The notes under the pieces were generated by a model, which saw only the letters and a program-made list of their open reading frames with translations, did not search any database and was not told the DNA's origin. 64,000 bases of DNA from an uncultured Flavobacteriales bacterium (lineage in GTDB: Bacteria > Bacteroidota > Bacteroidia > Flavobacteriales_D > CAJJDF01), in NCBI GenBank assembly GCA_964021785.1, contig CAXIAX010000002.1, positions 4,801-68,800 of the forward strand, given 5' to 3'. Below, piece after piece: positions 45,403 through 55,075 of this stretch. Positions within the stretch are counted from its first letter, which is position 1; every line of letters starts with the position of its first letter. Made by a program: the position numbers and the translations under genes.

Positions 45403-45410
45403 CAAAATTA
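45403..45410 (-). promoter_or_regulatory. Candidate -7 promoter box (TAATTTTG) for rpsA
   Basis: The plus strand reads caaaatta. The box sits ~97 nt upstream of the rpsA ATG. Confidence 0.3.
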
Positions 45411-45598
45411 ACTATAATTTATTAATAACAAGTTTTTTTATTCACTTATTTCAAATATTTACTTAATTTTTATATACTCGTTTTATTTGGTTATTATAGT
45501 ATTAATCCTCAAAACATAAAAATTTGATCTAGATTAAATTTTAGAGTAGAGTATAAATGGTTCTTCCTCCCTAATCTAATTATTTCTTTAAGCTAACA

Positions 45599-47104
45599 TT
45601 ACATATTACTTATCAACTTTTCGCTTTTCATTGTTCCTGTGTTTTTTAGTGCTGTATGCCAACTAAATGCTTCTGGAAGTTTATGTGGTGTATGCCCTCC
45701 CAATTCATAAGCCTCTTCAAAATAGGCTAACAATTGTTCTTTGTAATCAGGATGCACACAATTTGTAATAATTTTACGTGCTCTTTCAATTGGAGCTAAA
45801 CCTCGAATATCTGCCAATCCTTGCTCTGTAACCAAAATATCTACATCATGTTCTGTGTGGTCTGTATGCGAAACCATAGGTACTATGTGAGATATTTTAC
45901 CCTCTTTAGAAATAGACGGACAAGCAAATACACTTAAATACCCATTTCTAGCAAAGTCTCCAGAACCTCCTATTCCATTCATCATATTTGTCCCCATAAT
46001 GTGAGTAGAGTTAACATTCCCATAGATATCAAACTCTATTGCTGTATTAATTCCAATTATTCCCAAACGGCTAATTACTTCTGCTGAATTACTTATATTT
46101 TGAGGTCGTAACAATAATTTTTCTTTATAGTTTTCGAAATTACCAAACACCCTATTGGAACATTCTTCTGTTACTGTGATTGATGAAGCTGAAGCAAATA
46201 ATAATTTACCTGAATCAAAAAGTTCAAATGTACTATCTTGTAATACTTCTGAATACATTGTTAAATCTTTAAACCTACTATTTGTAAATCCAGACAATAT
46301 GGCATTGGCAGTTTTTCCAATTCCTGCTTGTAGTGGAAGCAATGATTCTGTTAATCTTCCCTCATCTACTTCATTTCCCAAAAAATCCAGAATATGATTT
46401 GAAATAGCTATTGTTTTTTCATCTGGTGCCGAAATTACTGCAGGGCTATCTGGCACTTCAGTATATACAATTGCAACCACTTTATTGGTATCTATCTTAA
46501 TATATGGATCTCCTATTCTTGTGTCAGATTTTAATACCGGTATAACATCTCTATTTGGTTGCTTCTTCAAGAACTTTACGTCATGTATACCCGCTAAACT
46601 TTCCGGAAATGAAGTATTTACTTCTATAATAATTTTTTCTGCTTTTTCAGTAAATGCAGGAGAGTTTCCTACAGAGGTTGTAGGTATAATAAATCCTTCT
46701 TCTGTAATACTTACAGCTTCTATTATGGCAACATCAATCTTGAAAGAATCAATCTTTTGAAGCATATCGGCAGTTTGACCCAAATGCTGGTCTACATATA
46801 ACACTTCATGATTATTAATACTTTTTCTTAAAGTTGGATCTGCTTGAAAAGGCATTCTTTTATATAATGCACCATTCTTTGCTAGATCAGCATCTGTATC
46901 ATAGCCAAGTGAAGCTCCACTCAATACTGTTATTTTAAAATCTTCGAAAAGTGCTCGTTCAGCAACTTTTGGCAATACCGATTTGCTATCTCCTGCTTTT
47001 GTAAAGCCACTAACCCCCAAAACATCCCTATTTTTGATTAATAAAGCAGCCTCTTCAGGCGATTGAATTTTATCTAAATAAGGTGCATATTTTATTCTGC
47101 TCAT
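45599..47104 (-). CDS. Acetyl-CoA hydrolase/transferase family protein (succinyl-CoA:acetate CoA-transferase-like)
   Basis: 501 aa with the AcetylCoA_hydro N- and C-domain pattern (GVSGFT...; NGIGGSGDFARN). Confidence 0.85.
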   Translation of the reverse strand: MSRIKYAPYLDKIQSPEEAALLIKNRDVLGVSGFTKAGDSKSVLPKVAERALFEDFKITVLSGASLGYDTDADLAKNGALYKRMPFQADPTLRKSINNHEVLYVDQHLGQTADMLQKIDSFKIDVAIIEAVSITEEGFIIPTTSVGNSPAFTEKAEKIIIEVNTSFPESLAGIHDVKFLKKQPNRDVIPVLKSDTRIGDPYIKIDTNKVVAIVYTEVPDSPAVISAPDEKTIAISNHILDFLGNEVDEGRLTESLLPLQAGIGKTANAILSGFTNSRFKDLTMYSEVLQDSTFELFDSGKLLFASASSITVTEECSNRVFGNFENYKEKLLLRPQNISNSAEVISRLGIIGINTAIEFDIYGNVNSTHIMGTNMMNGIGGSGDFARNGYLSVFACPSISKEGKISHIVPMVSHTDHTEHDVDILVTEQGLADIRGLAPIERARKIITNCVHPDYKEQLLAYFEEAYELGGHTPHKLPEAFSWHTALKNTGTMKSEKLISNM

Positions 47105-47361
47105 ATTGATTTATTATTGTGATTTTAAAGATGAATACTTAGCTAAACGTATTGTACATCATTTGCTAATGAAACGCTAACTTTTATGTAAAATCTAAAT
47201 TACTTAAATCAAATGATTAATCGCGATTTATCAAACAGAAAAAATCACAAATTTTGTGTAAAATACCACAAATTGAAATTTAACTTCAAAAATAACTCGT
47301 AGTTATTAAACAATAAAAATGAATTAGTTATAGATTAATAAAAATTTTAATCAGTATATAA

Positions 47362-48309
47362 TTAATGTTTCAAAAAAGGAAATTCGGAATATAACTGGAT
47401 TTCCTTTTCTTTTATTTTTTTTGAAAAAGCTATTGAATCTTTACTTTCGGGATTTAAGAGCTTGTGATTTTTTTCTTTTTGAATTTGAGATATTCTTTTG
47501 TTCAATTCTTTTGTTTTTATATCAAAAAAAGAATCAGCAAATTTATCCCAAATGTATTCAATTGCAAGCTCCGAAGGGTGTAACATATCTTTGGCATAAA
47601 AACGATAATCTCTCAATTCATCCATCATTATTTCGTAAGATGGGAAATAATGGCAATTGAGCTGGGTTTCATTTATCTGTTTCAAAGCCAAATGCAAAGT
47701 AGACTTACTCTGCTGGTTCTCTACTACTCCATCTTTCCAATGCCTAACTGGGCTAATTGTCGTAATAATATTTATCTCAGGATTTTGTTCTTTTAGCTTT
47801 GCTATAGTCTTATTCATTGCATCAACAATACTATTTATGGACAACAATTCTTTGGTGAATAAATTAGCTGGCATTTTATAGCAATTTGCTACCGTCTCAT
47901 TTGTTTCTTTAAGTTTATAAACCCAAGCAGTACCCAATGTAATTATTACTGTTTTGGATTTCTCTAAATAATCCCCTCCTTTTTTTATTCCTTTATTTAT
48001 TAAGTCTAATGTCTCTTTCCTACTTAAAGAAGAGAAAGAGCTGTGATGGTTATAACTAAAATGAATCTGGTTATTTGTCTTTAATTCATTTTCTGTGTAT
48101 TCTTTTGCAGCTAAACAATCCTCTATAGCTCTACAAACAGAAACTGGATTGAATAAAATTCCAAACGGATTGATACAGATATCAAATTTATGGTATGCCA
48201 ATTTCTCGCCAATGTTTTCGGAAAAGCACGAGCCAAAACTTACAATACTAGTATTGTGAGTTATTTGAAACGGGTATTCTTGAATAGGTATTGGAGTTGA
48301 GAATTTCAT
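47362..48309 (-). CDS. GSCFA-domain protein
   Basis: 315 aa. The family-defining motif FGSCFSENIG lies near the N-terminus. Confidence 0.7.
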   Translation of the reverse strand: MKFSTPIPIQEYPFQITHNTSIVSFGSCFSENIGEKLAYHKFDICINPFGILFNPVSVCRAIEDCLAAKEYTENELKTNNQIHFSYNHHSSFSSLSRKETLDLINKGIKKGGDYLEKSKTVIITLGTAWVYKLKETNETVANCYKMPANLFTKELLSINSIVDAMNKTIAKLKEQNPEINIITTISPVRHWKDGVVENQQSKSTLHLALKQINETQLNCHYFPSYEIMMDELRDYRFYAKDMLHPSELAIEYIWDKFADSFFDIKTKELNKRISQIQKEKNHKLLNPESKDSIAFSKKIKEKEIQLYSEFPFLKH

Positions 48310-48334
48310 AGTTGCAAAAATAAACTTAATTAGA

Positions 48335-49186
48335 TTATCCCAACAAACCTTTCTTTCTTTTCTTCACAAAAAGATCATCCAATACATCCGAATCAAAATC
48401 ATCTAATTCTATTTCATCTACCACTTGATGGTATACTGAAGCAATAAAAACCATTTCGGCAGAGGATACAATACTTTGAATAAGTACAACTATCAAAAAT
48501 CCTGCAGCTATTCCTGCAATTGGATTAATCAATCCAATAATAAATCCCACTGGCAATGCAATTATAATGATTCCTACCAATGATAAAATTCCAAAACTAA
48601 AAGAAGCCCCAATGGATTCTCCCCATTTATTTTTCATAATACTTGCCGATCTTTTTAATGCATCAATTGGTCCTAGGTTTTCATAGGCCAAGATAGGAAC
48701 TACAAAGAAAGTGGCGATAGACCAAACAACTCCTATCAATCCAGAAATAATATTTCCTAATGATCCTGAGTTTTCTTGAATTGCTTTTATAATAATACCA
48801 ACCGTGGCAGATAATACAGCCCAACTAAAGATTACTGGTAGTCTTTTCATACTGAAATTTATTCCTTCTTTAAACGATACTTTTTCTCCCTGAAAATATA
48901 ACCTGGTGCAATGCACTAAACCTATATTGAAAAACACGATAATAAAATAAGATACCAAATAATATACAAATGCAATGACATAATCTGTTACTGAACTTTG
49001 CTCTACTACAGATTCGTATTCGGTTCCAAAACTAGCATAGGCAACTCCTACAAAACTTGCTACTAAGAAAATTAAAACTACTCCCGAGATAATTGGAAAT
49101 AGGACCAATTGCTTATTGTCTCTAATTACTTTTAGGCTAGACATTCCCATGCTCCAACCGCTACTCAATTTTTTAAAAAATCCCAT
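48335..49186 (-). CDS. Hypothetical multi-pass membrane protein
   Basis: 283 aa with about six TM helices. I recognise no family with confidence. Confidence 0.55.
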   Translation of the reverse strand: MGFFKKLSSGWSMGMSSLKVIRDNKQLVLFPIISGVVLIFLVASFVGVAYASFGTEYESVVEQSSVTDYVIAFVYYLVSYFIIVFFNIGLVHCTRLYFQGEKVSFKEGINFSMKRLPVIFSWAVLSATVGIIIKAIQENSGSLGNIISGLIGVVWSIATFFVVPILAYENLGPIDALKRSASIMKNKWGESIGASFSFGILSLVGIIIIALPVGFIIGLINPIAGIAAGFLIVVLIQSIVSSAEMVFIASVYHQVVDEIELDDFDSDVLDDLFVKKRKKGLLG

Positions 49187-49309
49187 AAATCATATTTTAA
49201 ACACAAGATAATTATTATTTATTACACTTTGGTCATAAACCATTTAAAACTAGCGTGTTTTTATATGAAAATAATGGCCTAAAAAAGTAGCACGAATCGA
49301 AAAATGAAT

Positions 49310-49317
49310 TACATTTG
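49310..49317 (+). promoter_or_regulatory. Candidate -7 promoter box (TACATTTG) giving a ~190-nt leader for 49516..49857
   Basis: Matches TAnnTTTG. The downstream 49340-49480 is visibly GC-richer than the flanking intergenic DNA. Confidence 0.25.
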
Positions 49318-49515
49318 ATTCAATAAATTTTTTATACATAAATAGGAAAACGAAAGCAACTATGCTTTTTCCACCAAGACAGATTGAATCTTATATCTCT
49401 CTCGCCAGATAGTCTTTGAAGGAAGTAATTGACTACTAAAAGCCAACTAACCGAGCTTGATGCGAGTTAACCAATCGGTAATAAAACACTATTTATTATT
49501 AAAAAATTTATTACA

Positions 49516-49857
49516 ATGAAACACATAATTTTAACAGCACTTTTATCACTTATTTCAGTTTTAGGTATTTCACAAACAAATACCGCAAAAGCATTTTTTA
49601 TCGAATATGATTCCGATTCTAAAATGTATTCATTTGAAGAAGCAAATGGAGACTATTTAAGTTTTGACTTTGTATCAAAAGAAGTGCTTACAAAGTTCCC
49701 TATCAACACTAACAAACTAGAAGGAAAAGCATTTTTAATTACTTTTTCTAAAAAGATTACAAAAGATGAATATGGTGATGAATATGATGAATTAACAATC
49801 ACTAAACTGCAAGAAATCAAATTAGAAAAAGAATCAACTGACGAAGAAGAGGATTAA
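49516..49857 (+). CDS. Hypothetical small secreted protein
   Basis: 113 aa with a signal peptide (ALLSLISVLGISQ) and an acidic C-terminus. It is followed by a strong terminator. Confidence 0.55.
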   Translation: MKHIILTALLSLISVLGISQTNTAKAFFIEYDSDSKMYSFEEANGDYLSFDFVSKEVLTKFPINTNKLEGKAFLITFSKKITKDEYGDEYDELTITKLQEIKLEKESTDEEED

Positions 49858-49878
49858 TTTTTTCATCTAATTTACGAC

Positions 49879-49913
49879 AGAAAGCTTTCAGTTTTACTGA
49901 AAGCTTTTTTTTT
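49879..49913 (+). terminator. Rho-independent terminator
   Basis: aaagctttcag/ctgaaagcttt forms an 11-bp stem with a 5-nt loop, followed by a T-run. Confidence 0.85.
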
Positions 49914-49922
49914 GAGACAATA

Positions 49923-49957
49923 AAAAAGCCTAATAGCATAGTTTCTATTAGGCTTTT
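49923..49957 (-). terminator. Rho-independent terminator after the LolA-like gene (bidirectional hairpin)
   Basis: aaagcctaatag/ctattaggcttt forms a 12-bp stem with an 8-nt loop. T-runs are present on both strands. Confidence 0.8.
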
Positions 49958-49977
49958 AAAACTTATTGATTTAATTC

Positions 49978-50646
49978 TTAAAATCTCATGTCGTTCACTG
50001 AACAGTTAGGGTATTTAGATTTATCAAATTTGAATTTTGATGCAGAAATAGTTGCTCCTGTTTTAAATCCTTTGATGTTGTATACCATATTCACGCCATC
50101 TCTTCCTTTTATCTCTACTTTGTTTAGTTCGTTTGCCACTTTGTCTACAATTAATGTAATAGTATGGTATTTTGATTTTTTAGGATTCTCTGGGTACAAC
50201 CTAACTTCTTGTAAAGTTTTAGATCCTACTTTCCCCTCTCCTATAAATTTGTATTTAAATCCTTTTTCCCAAATTGATAACAATTGAGTAGGACTCATCA
50301 ATCCATTTTCTTCGTCTGCATCTTCATTAGAAGTAATCGTTACTTCATTTTCTGCTTTTACAAATAGGTAATTTGATCTTCCGTCATTTATTACTTGGTA
50401 ATCTGGTGTGTAATAAGCGTATTTTTTTCCTGCTTTATAAGCCGTTCCGCTCAATGTTTGTGATTTAATTTTCACTCCAGAAAAAGAAGCACTAAAATCT
50501 ATAATAATATTATCTACAGCTTTGTGCTTTGCACTTAATTTATCCAAAATTGCTTTTGCTTCTGGATCTTTGTCTGTGTACGTTTCTTGACTTGTAGCAG
50601 TGAAACCAAATGTTGCCATTGCTGCGAATAAAAGTATCTTCTTCAT
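49978..50646 (-). CDS. lolA: LolA-like outer-membrane lipoprotein carrier protein
   Basis: 222 aa with a signal peptide. It lies directly downstream of ftsK, the conserved Bacteroidota ftsK-lolA arrangement. Sequence-level support is weak. Confidence 0.55.
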   Translation of the reverse strand: MKKILLFAAMATFGFTATSQETYTDKDPEAKAILDKLSAKHKAVDNIIIDFSASFSGVKIKSQTLSGTAYKAGKKYAYYTPDYQVINDGRSNYLFVKAENEVTITSNEDADEENGLMSPTQLLSIWEKGFKYKFIGEGKVGSKTLQEVRLYPENPKKSKYHTITLIVDKVANELNKVEIKGRDGVNMVYNIKGFKTGATISASKFKFDKSKYPNCSVNDMRF

Positions 50647-50751
50647 TATTTATGTTTTATAAAGTGTAAAATTAAAAAAATATATGGTAGAGAAAATTAG
50701 CTATAACAAAATGATAACTAACCGAAAAAACTACTTGTTTTCCTCTAACTA

Positions 50752-53292
50752 TTATAGGTCTTCCAATAACCGTTCCAAACTAATTTCATCCGCAACAAAT
50801 ACCTTACGAGCCTTACTTCCTTCGAACGGGCCAATAATTCCTGCTGCTTCTAATTGATCTACAATTCTTCCCGCTCTGTTGTAACCTAACTTCAGTTTTC
50901 TTTGTAATAAAGAAGCCGATCCTTGCTGATGAATTACAATAATTCTTGCTGCTTCCTCAAATTTTTCATCTCTGTCTTCGTCATCAAATCCTCCTTTGGT
51001 TGATGCCGCTTTTTCATCAATGTATTCTGGTAATAAAAGCGCATTTGGATACCCTCTTTGTTCTCCTATAAAGTTACATATTTTCTCTACCTCTGGCGTA
51101 TCCACAAATCCACATTGTAGCCTTATAATATCACTACCTGTAGAGTAAATCATATCTCCTCTACCTATCAATTGGTCTGCTCCTCCTGCATCCAAAATAG
51201 TTCTAGAATCTATTTTTGACGTTACCCTAAATGCAATACGTCCTGGGAAATTGGCTTTAATAACTCCTGTAATTACATTTACCGAAGGTCTTTGTGTTGC
51301 TACAATCAAGTGTATTCCAATGGCTCTTGCAAGTTGCGCAATACGAGCTATAGGAGTTTCCACTTCTTTCCCTGCAGTCATAATCAAATCGGCAAACTCA
51401 TCAATTACTAGTACTATATATGGCAAGTATTGATGTCCTTTTTCTGGGTTCAATCTTCTTTGAATAAACTTAGCGTTATACTCTTTTATGTTTCTTACTT
51501 GTGCGTCTTTCAATAGGTCATACCTATTATCCATCTCAATACACAATGAATTAAGAGTAGCTACAACTTTTCCAGTATCGGTAATAATTGCTTCTTCCTC
51601 TCCTGGTAATTTTGCTAAGAAATGTCTTTCTATTTTATTAAATAATGTAAGCTCTACTTTTTTAGGATCAATCAATACAAACTTAACCTGCGAAGGATGT
51701 TTTTTGTACAGTAAAGAAACTAGTATCGCATTCAGCCCTACCGATTTCCCTTGTCCCGTAGCACCCGCCATTAGCAAGTGAGGCATTTTAGCTAAATCTG
51801 CAATTAATGTCTCGTTAGATATCGTTTTTCCTAAAGCTACTGGTAATTCAAATTTAGAATTTTGAAATTTATCCGAACTTATCAATGCTTTCATTGATAC
51901 AATTTGAGGATTAGAGTTTGGCACTTCTATCCCTATTGTTCCTTTTCCTGGTATTGGGGCAATAATCCTAATTCCCAAAGCCGATAAACTAAGTGCAATA
52001 TCATCTTCTAAGTTTTTAATTTTAGAAATCCTTACACCTGGAGCAGGAACTACTTCATACAAAGTAACTGTTGGTCCTACGGTTGCTTTAATTTTAGAAA
52101 TCTCAATCTTATAATTAGATAAAGTTTCTACAATTCTATTCTTGTTTTCTTCTAGCTCTTCTTTATTGATATTTATCCCAGTAGTTTGTCCATGAGTTTC
52201 TAACAAATCAATAGGAGGTAATTTATATGACGACAAATCTAGTTCTGGATCGTATTCCCCAAATTCTTTCACCTTTTTGTTGATTTCTTTGTCCGTCAAC
52301 AACTCTTCTTTTACGGTCTCAACTTCTATCTCAAATTCATCATCCAGTTCGGGTTCTTCTTTTTCTGAAGAAATATCATTACTGAGTTCCACCTCATTTC
52401 CATCATTCATTACAAGTTCTTCATCTACTTTTACTTTTTCCTCCACTACTTCCTCTTCCTCCAATTCTATCTCCAATTCACTCTCCACATTGTATTTAGA
52501 TTCTTCAATCTCTTCTTTATCAATGCTCAATTCATTATCAGAAATTAGTTCTTTTTCTTTCTCCACTTCATACTTAGAAATAGATTCTGCTTTTGTTTCT
52601 TGCTTTTCTATTTTTTCTTCTTGTGACAAAAGGGCTTTAGATTTTTCTATCACTTGCTTTATTAAAGCATTAAACATTACACCTGTAATAGCAGAAAATG
52701 AGAATATTAACAAAAAGAAAGTTCCTACTTTACCAATAGAATCAGACAGCCATTGGTTTATTTGGTATCCAAAATTACCTCCCATAAATAAATTAGATTC
52801 TGTGAAGAAATAACCAAAGAAAATTGATCCCCAAACCATAGCAACAACACCAATTTTCATTGCTTTATTAATTGGATAAATAATTTCGTTAAATAATATT
52901 TTTACTGAAACTAATCCTAAAAAAATTGGGATTATAAATGACATAAAACCAAAACCATTGAAGATAATCCTGTGAGAAACTATCGCACCTAACTTTCCTA
53001 ACCAGTTGAAAACTTCGAAAGGTTGTTTGGTAAAAACGAAGTTGAAAAAACTTGCTCCTTCTACTTTATCTTGATCCATTTTTCCCGTAAATAAATACGA
53101 TACAAAAGCGATAAATAGATACACACATATTAATCCAAACAATAACCCAATTATTCTTTTTGTTTTAGAATTCAGTTTTACTTTTGGCCTAGTAATTTTA
53201 GCCTTAACTTTCTTTGTTTTCTTTTCAGTCTTCTCTGGAGTAGATGCTGATTTATATGAGTTTTTTCTTTTCGCCATTTTGTTTAAAGACAT
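50752..53292 (-). CDS. ftsK: DNA translocase FtsK/SpoIIIE
   Basis: 846 aa with N-terminal TM helices, an acidic E-rich linker, Walker A GATGQGKS, Walker B VLVIDEFADL and a C-terminal gamma/winged-helix domain. Confidence 0.93.
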   Translation of the reverse strand: MSLNKMAKRKNSYKSASTPEKTEKKTKKVKAKITRPKVKLNSKTKRIIGLLFGLICVYLFIAFVSYLFTGKMDQDKVEGASFFNFVFTKQPFEVFNWLGKLGAIVSHRIIFNGFGFMSFIIPIFLGLVSVKILFNEIIYPINKAMKIGVVAMVWGSIFFGYFFTESNLFMGGNFGYQINQWLSDSIGKVGTFFLLIFSFSAITGVMFNALIKQVIEKSKALLSQEEKIEKQETKAESISKYEVEKEKELISDNELSIDKEEIEESKYNVESELEIELEEEEVVEEKVKVDEELVMNDGNEVELSNDISSEKEEPELDDEFEIEVETVKEELLTDKEINKKVKEFGEYDPELDLSSYKLPPIDLLETHGQTTGININKEELEENKNRIVETLSNYKIEISKIKATVGPTVTLYEVVPAPGVRISKIKNLEDDIALSLSALGIRIIAPIPGKGTIGIEVPNSNPQIVSMKALISSDKFQNSKFELPVALGKTISNETLIADLAKMPHLLMAGATGQGKSVGLNAILVSLLYKKHPSQVKFVLIDPKKVELTLFNKIERHFLAKLPGEEEAIITDTGKVVATLNSLCIEMDNRYDLLKDAQVRNIKEYNAKFIQRRLNPEKGHQYLPYIVLVIDEFADLIMTAGKEVETPIARIAQLARAIGIHLIVATQRPSVNVITGVIKANFPGRIAFRVTSKIDSRTILDAGGADQLIGRGDMIYSTGSDIIRLQCGFVDTPEVEKICNFIGEQRGYPNALLLPEYIDEKAASTKGGFDDEDRDEKFEEAARIIVIHQQGSASLLQRKLKLGYNRAGRIVDQLEAAGIIGPFEGSKARKVFVADEISLERLLEDL

Positions 53293-53494
53293 TTGAGCAA
53301 ATATAACACTTCAACAACCTATACTACTGATTATATCAAACAAGTTTTAAAGGGTGAATTGTTTACTATTATTTAATTTTTTATATTTAACCAACTGATT
53401 TATAAAACTGATCGTATTTAATATAGTAGGATTAATTAATAAGTAAGTGAAAAAAGAATTAATTCCTTATTTTTGTTCAAAGACCTTATATTTT

Positions 53495-55075
53495 ATGACC
53501 AAACAGTTATTATTTATCACATTAACCCTTATCTTTCTTTTTAATTGTAAAAGAAAAGAAGATACCGCTTGGGATGTAGATGTTTTATCTCCGGTAGTAA
53601 AAACTACACTTACGATTGATAATTTGGTGCAAGATTCTATTTTATCTATCAATTCAGATAATACAGTTAATCTAGACTACAAATTTTCTTTCTCTCCTAT
53701 TAACGATAAATTCTTTTTGGAAGTACCAGATACTACGATCAAATTGTCTTACGGCCTTCCTTTTGTTAATCCTGTTTCTCTTCCTCCTGGATTTGAATTT
53801 GTAAATGATCCTGCAGAAAATGAGTTTGACTTAGGAGATGCCAAAATTAATTTCATGAAAGTGGCAACTGGAGAACTTGCTTACAGAATAGAAAGTGAAA
53901 TTGGAGAAGTAACTTTTTACACTTACTCCATTTTAAAAACGGATGATGGAAATGGAAATACATTTACAAAAAACATCTCTGTTCCTGCTGGATCAAAAAG
54001 CTCTCCTGCTGTAGTTACGGGAAGTTTTAAATTTGATGGCTATTCCTTTGATTTAACCGGAAGCGCAGGAAACAAATTTAATACGTTCGAATCTGTTGTT
54101 TTGGTAAGTATTGATGCTAACGGAAGTGCAGTTTCTGTTACCAATACAGATTCTGTAAGAATAGAAAATAAATTGATCTCTTTAAAACCCGAATATGTTT
54201 CTGGATATTTAGGTCAACCTACTTTTTCTGATGGCCCTACAGATAATGCGTTCACCCTATTTGAGCCTATTATTAGTGGCACTATAGATATAGACTCTAT
54301 TGATATCTATACAGAATTAAAAAACTATGTGGGAGCTGAAGCACAAGTAAAAATGAATCAAATAATTTCTACCAATACAGAAACTGCAAATAGCGTAAAC
54401 CTAAATCACAACAGTATTGGAAGAAACATTAATCTGAACAGAGCTATTGATAATGGAAACAGCATTACGCCTTCAGTTTACAGAATAGATTACACAACTG
54501 CAAACTCTAACATAGATCTAGTAATAGAAAATCTATCGGATATCATGACAACTCAAGTAGAAGCAACTATAAATCCTTTGGGAAATATCTCTAGCGGAAA
54601 TGATTTTCTTTATTTTGACCAAATAATAGATGCTGATTTCCACATTAAGATGCCTCTTAAATTTATAGCAAATGACTTAAGACTAAGACAAGAAGTTAAT
54701 CTTAATGTAAATGAAAACAACAACCCTGTAAACAATGCTCTTCTTTCAATTTACGCAGAAAATGGATTCCCTTTTGATGCAGATATTCAAATTTACTTGT
54801 TGGATGTAGGCAATAATATTACAGATTCTATAAAAATATCGGGATTAATAAATTCTGCTGCAACAGATAGCGACAACAAAGTAATTAATCCTATTAACTC
54901 TGTTCTTAAATATGCATTACCCTCCAATAAAATGGCTATTTTAAATGCAAACTCTAAGGTAATAATAGATGTAACCTTTAACACAAATAGCGCCACACAC
55001 ACTACCATTTACAAAGACTATTATATGAAATTGAAATTGGTAACTGATATGAACATGGAAATTAATTATAGATAA
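53495..55075 (+). CDS. Hypothetical lipoprotein
   Basis: The track ORF starts at GTG 53447. The in-frame ATG at 53495 gives MTKQLLFITLTLIFLFNC, a lipoprotein signal. First gene of a tight three-gene unit. Confidence 0.6.
   Translation: MTKQLLFITLTLIFLFNCKRKEDTAWDVDVLSPVVKTTLTIDNLVQDSILSINSDNTVNLDYKFSFSPINDKFFLEVPDTTIKLSYGLPFVNPVSLPPGFEFVNDPAENEFDLGDAKINFMKVATGELAYRIESEIGEVTFYTYSILKTDDGNGNTFTKNISVPAGSKSSPAVVTGSFKFDGYSFDLTGSAGNKFNTFESVVLVSIDANGSAVSVTNTDSVRIENKLISLKPEYVSGYLGQPTFSDGPTDNAFTLFEPIISGTIDIDSIDIYTELKNYVGAEAQVKMNQIISTNTETANSVNLNHNSIGRNINLNRAIDNGNSITPSVYRIDYTTANSNIDLVIENLSDIMTTQVEATINPLGNISSGNDFLYFDQIIDADFHIKMPLKFIANDLRLRQEVNLNVNENNNPVNNALLSIYAENGFPFDADIQIYLLDVGNNITDSIKISGLINSAATDSDNKVINPINSVLKYALPSNKMAILNANSKVIIDVTFNTNSATHTTIYKDYYMKLKLVTDMNMEINYR

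Noticed and set aside
52277-52813. 178-aa Ser-rich plus-strand ORF.
   Set aside because: It is the antisense reading of the Glu/Lys-rich acidic linker of ftsK (GAA/GAG repeats read as TTC/CTC). It is low-complexity and lies wholly inside a strongly supported gene.
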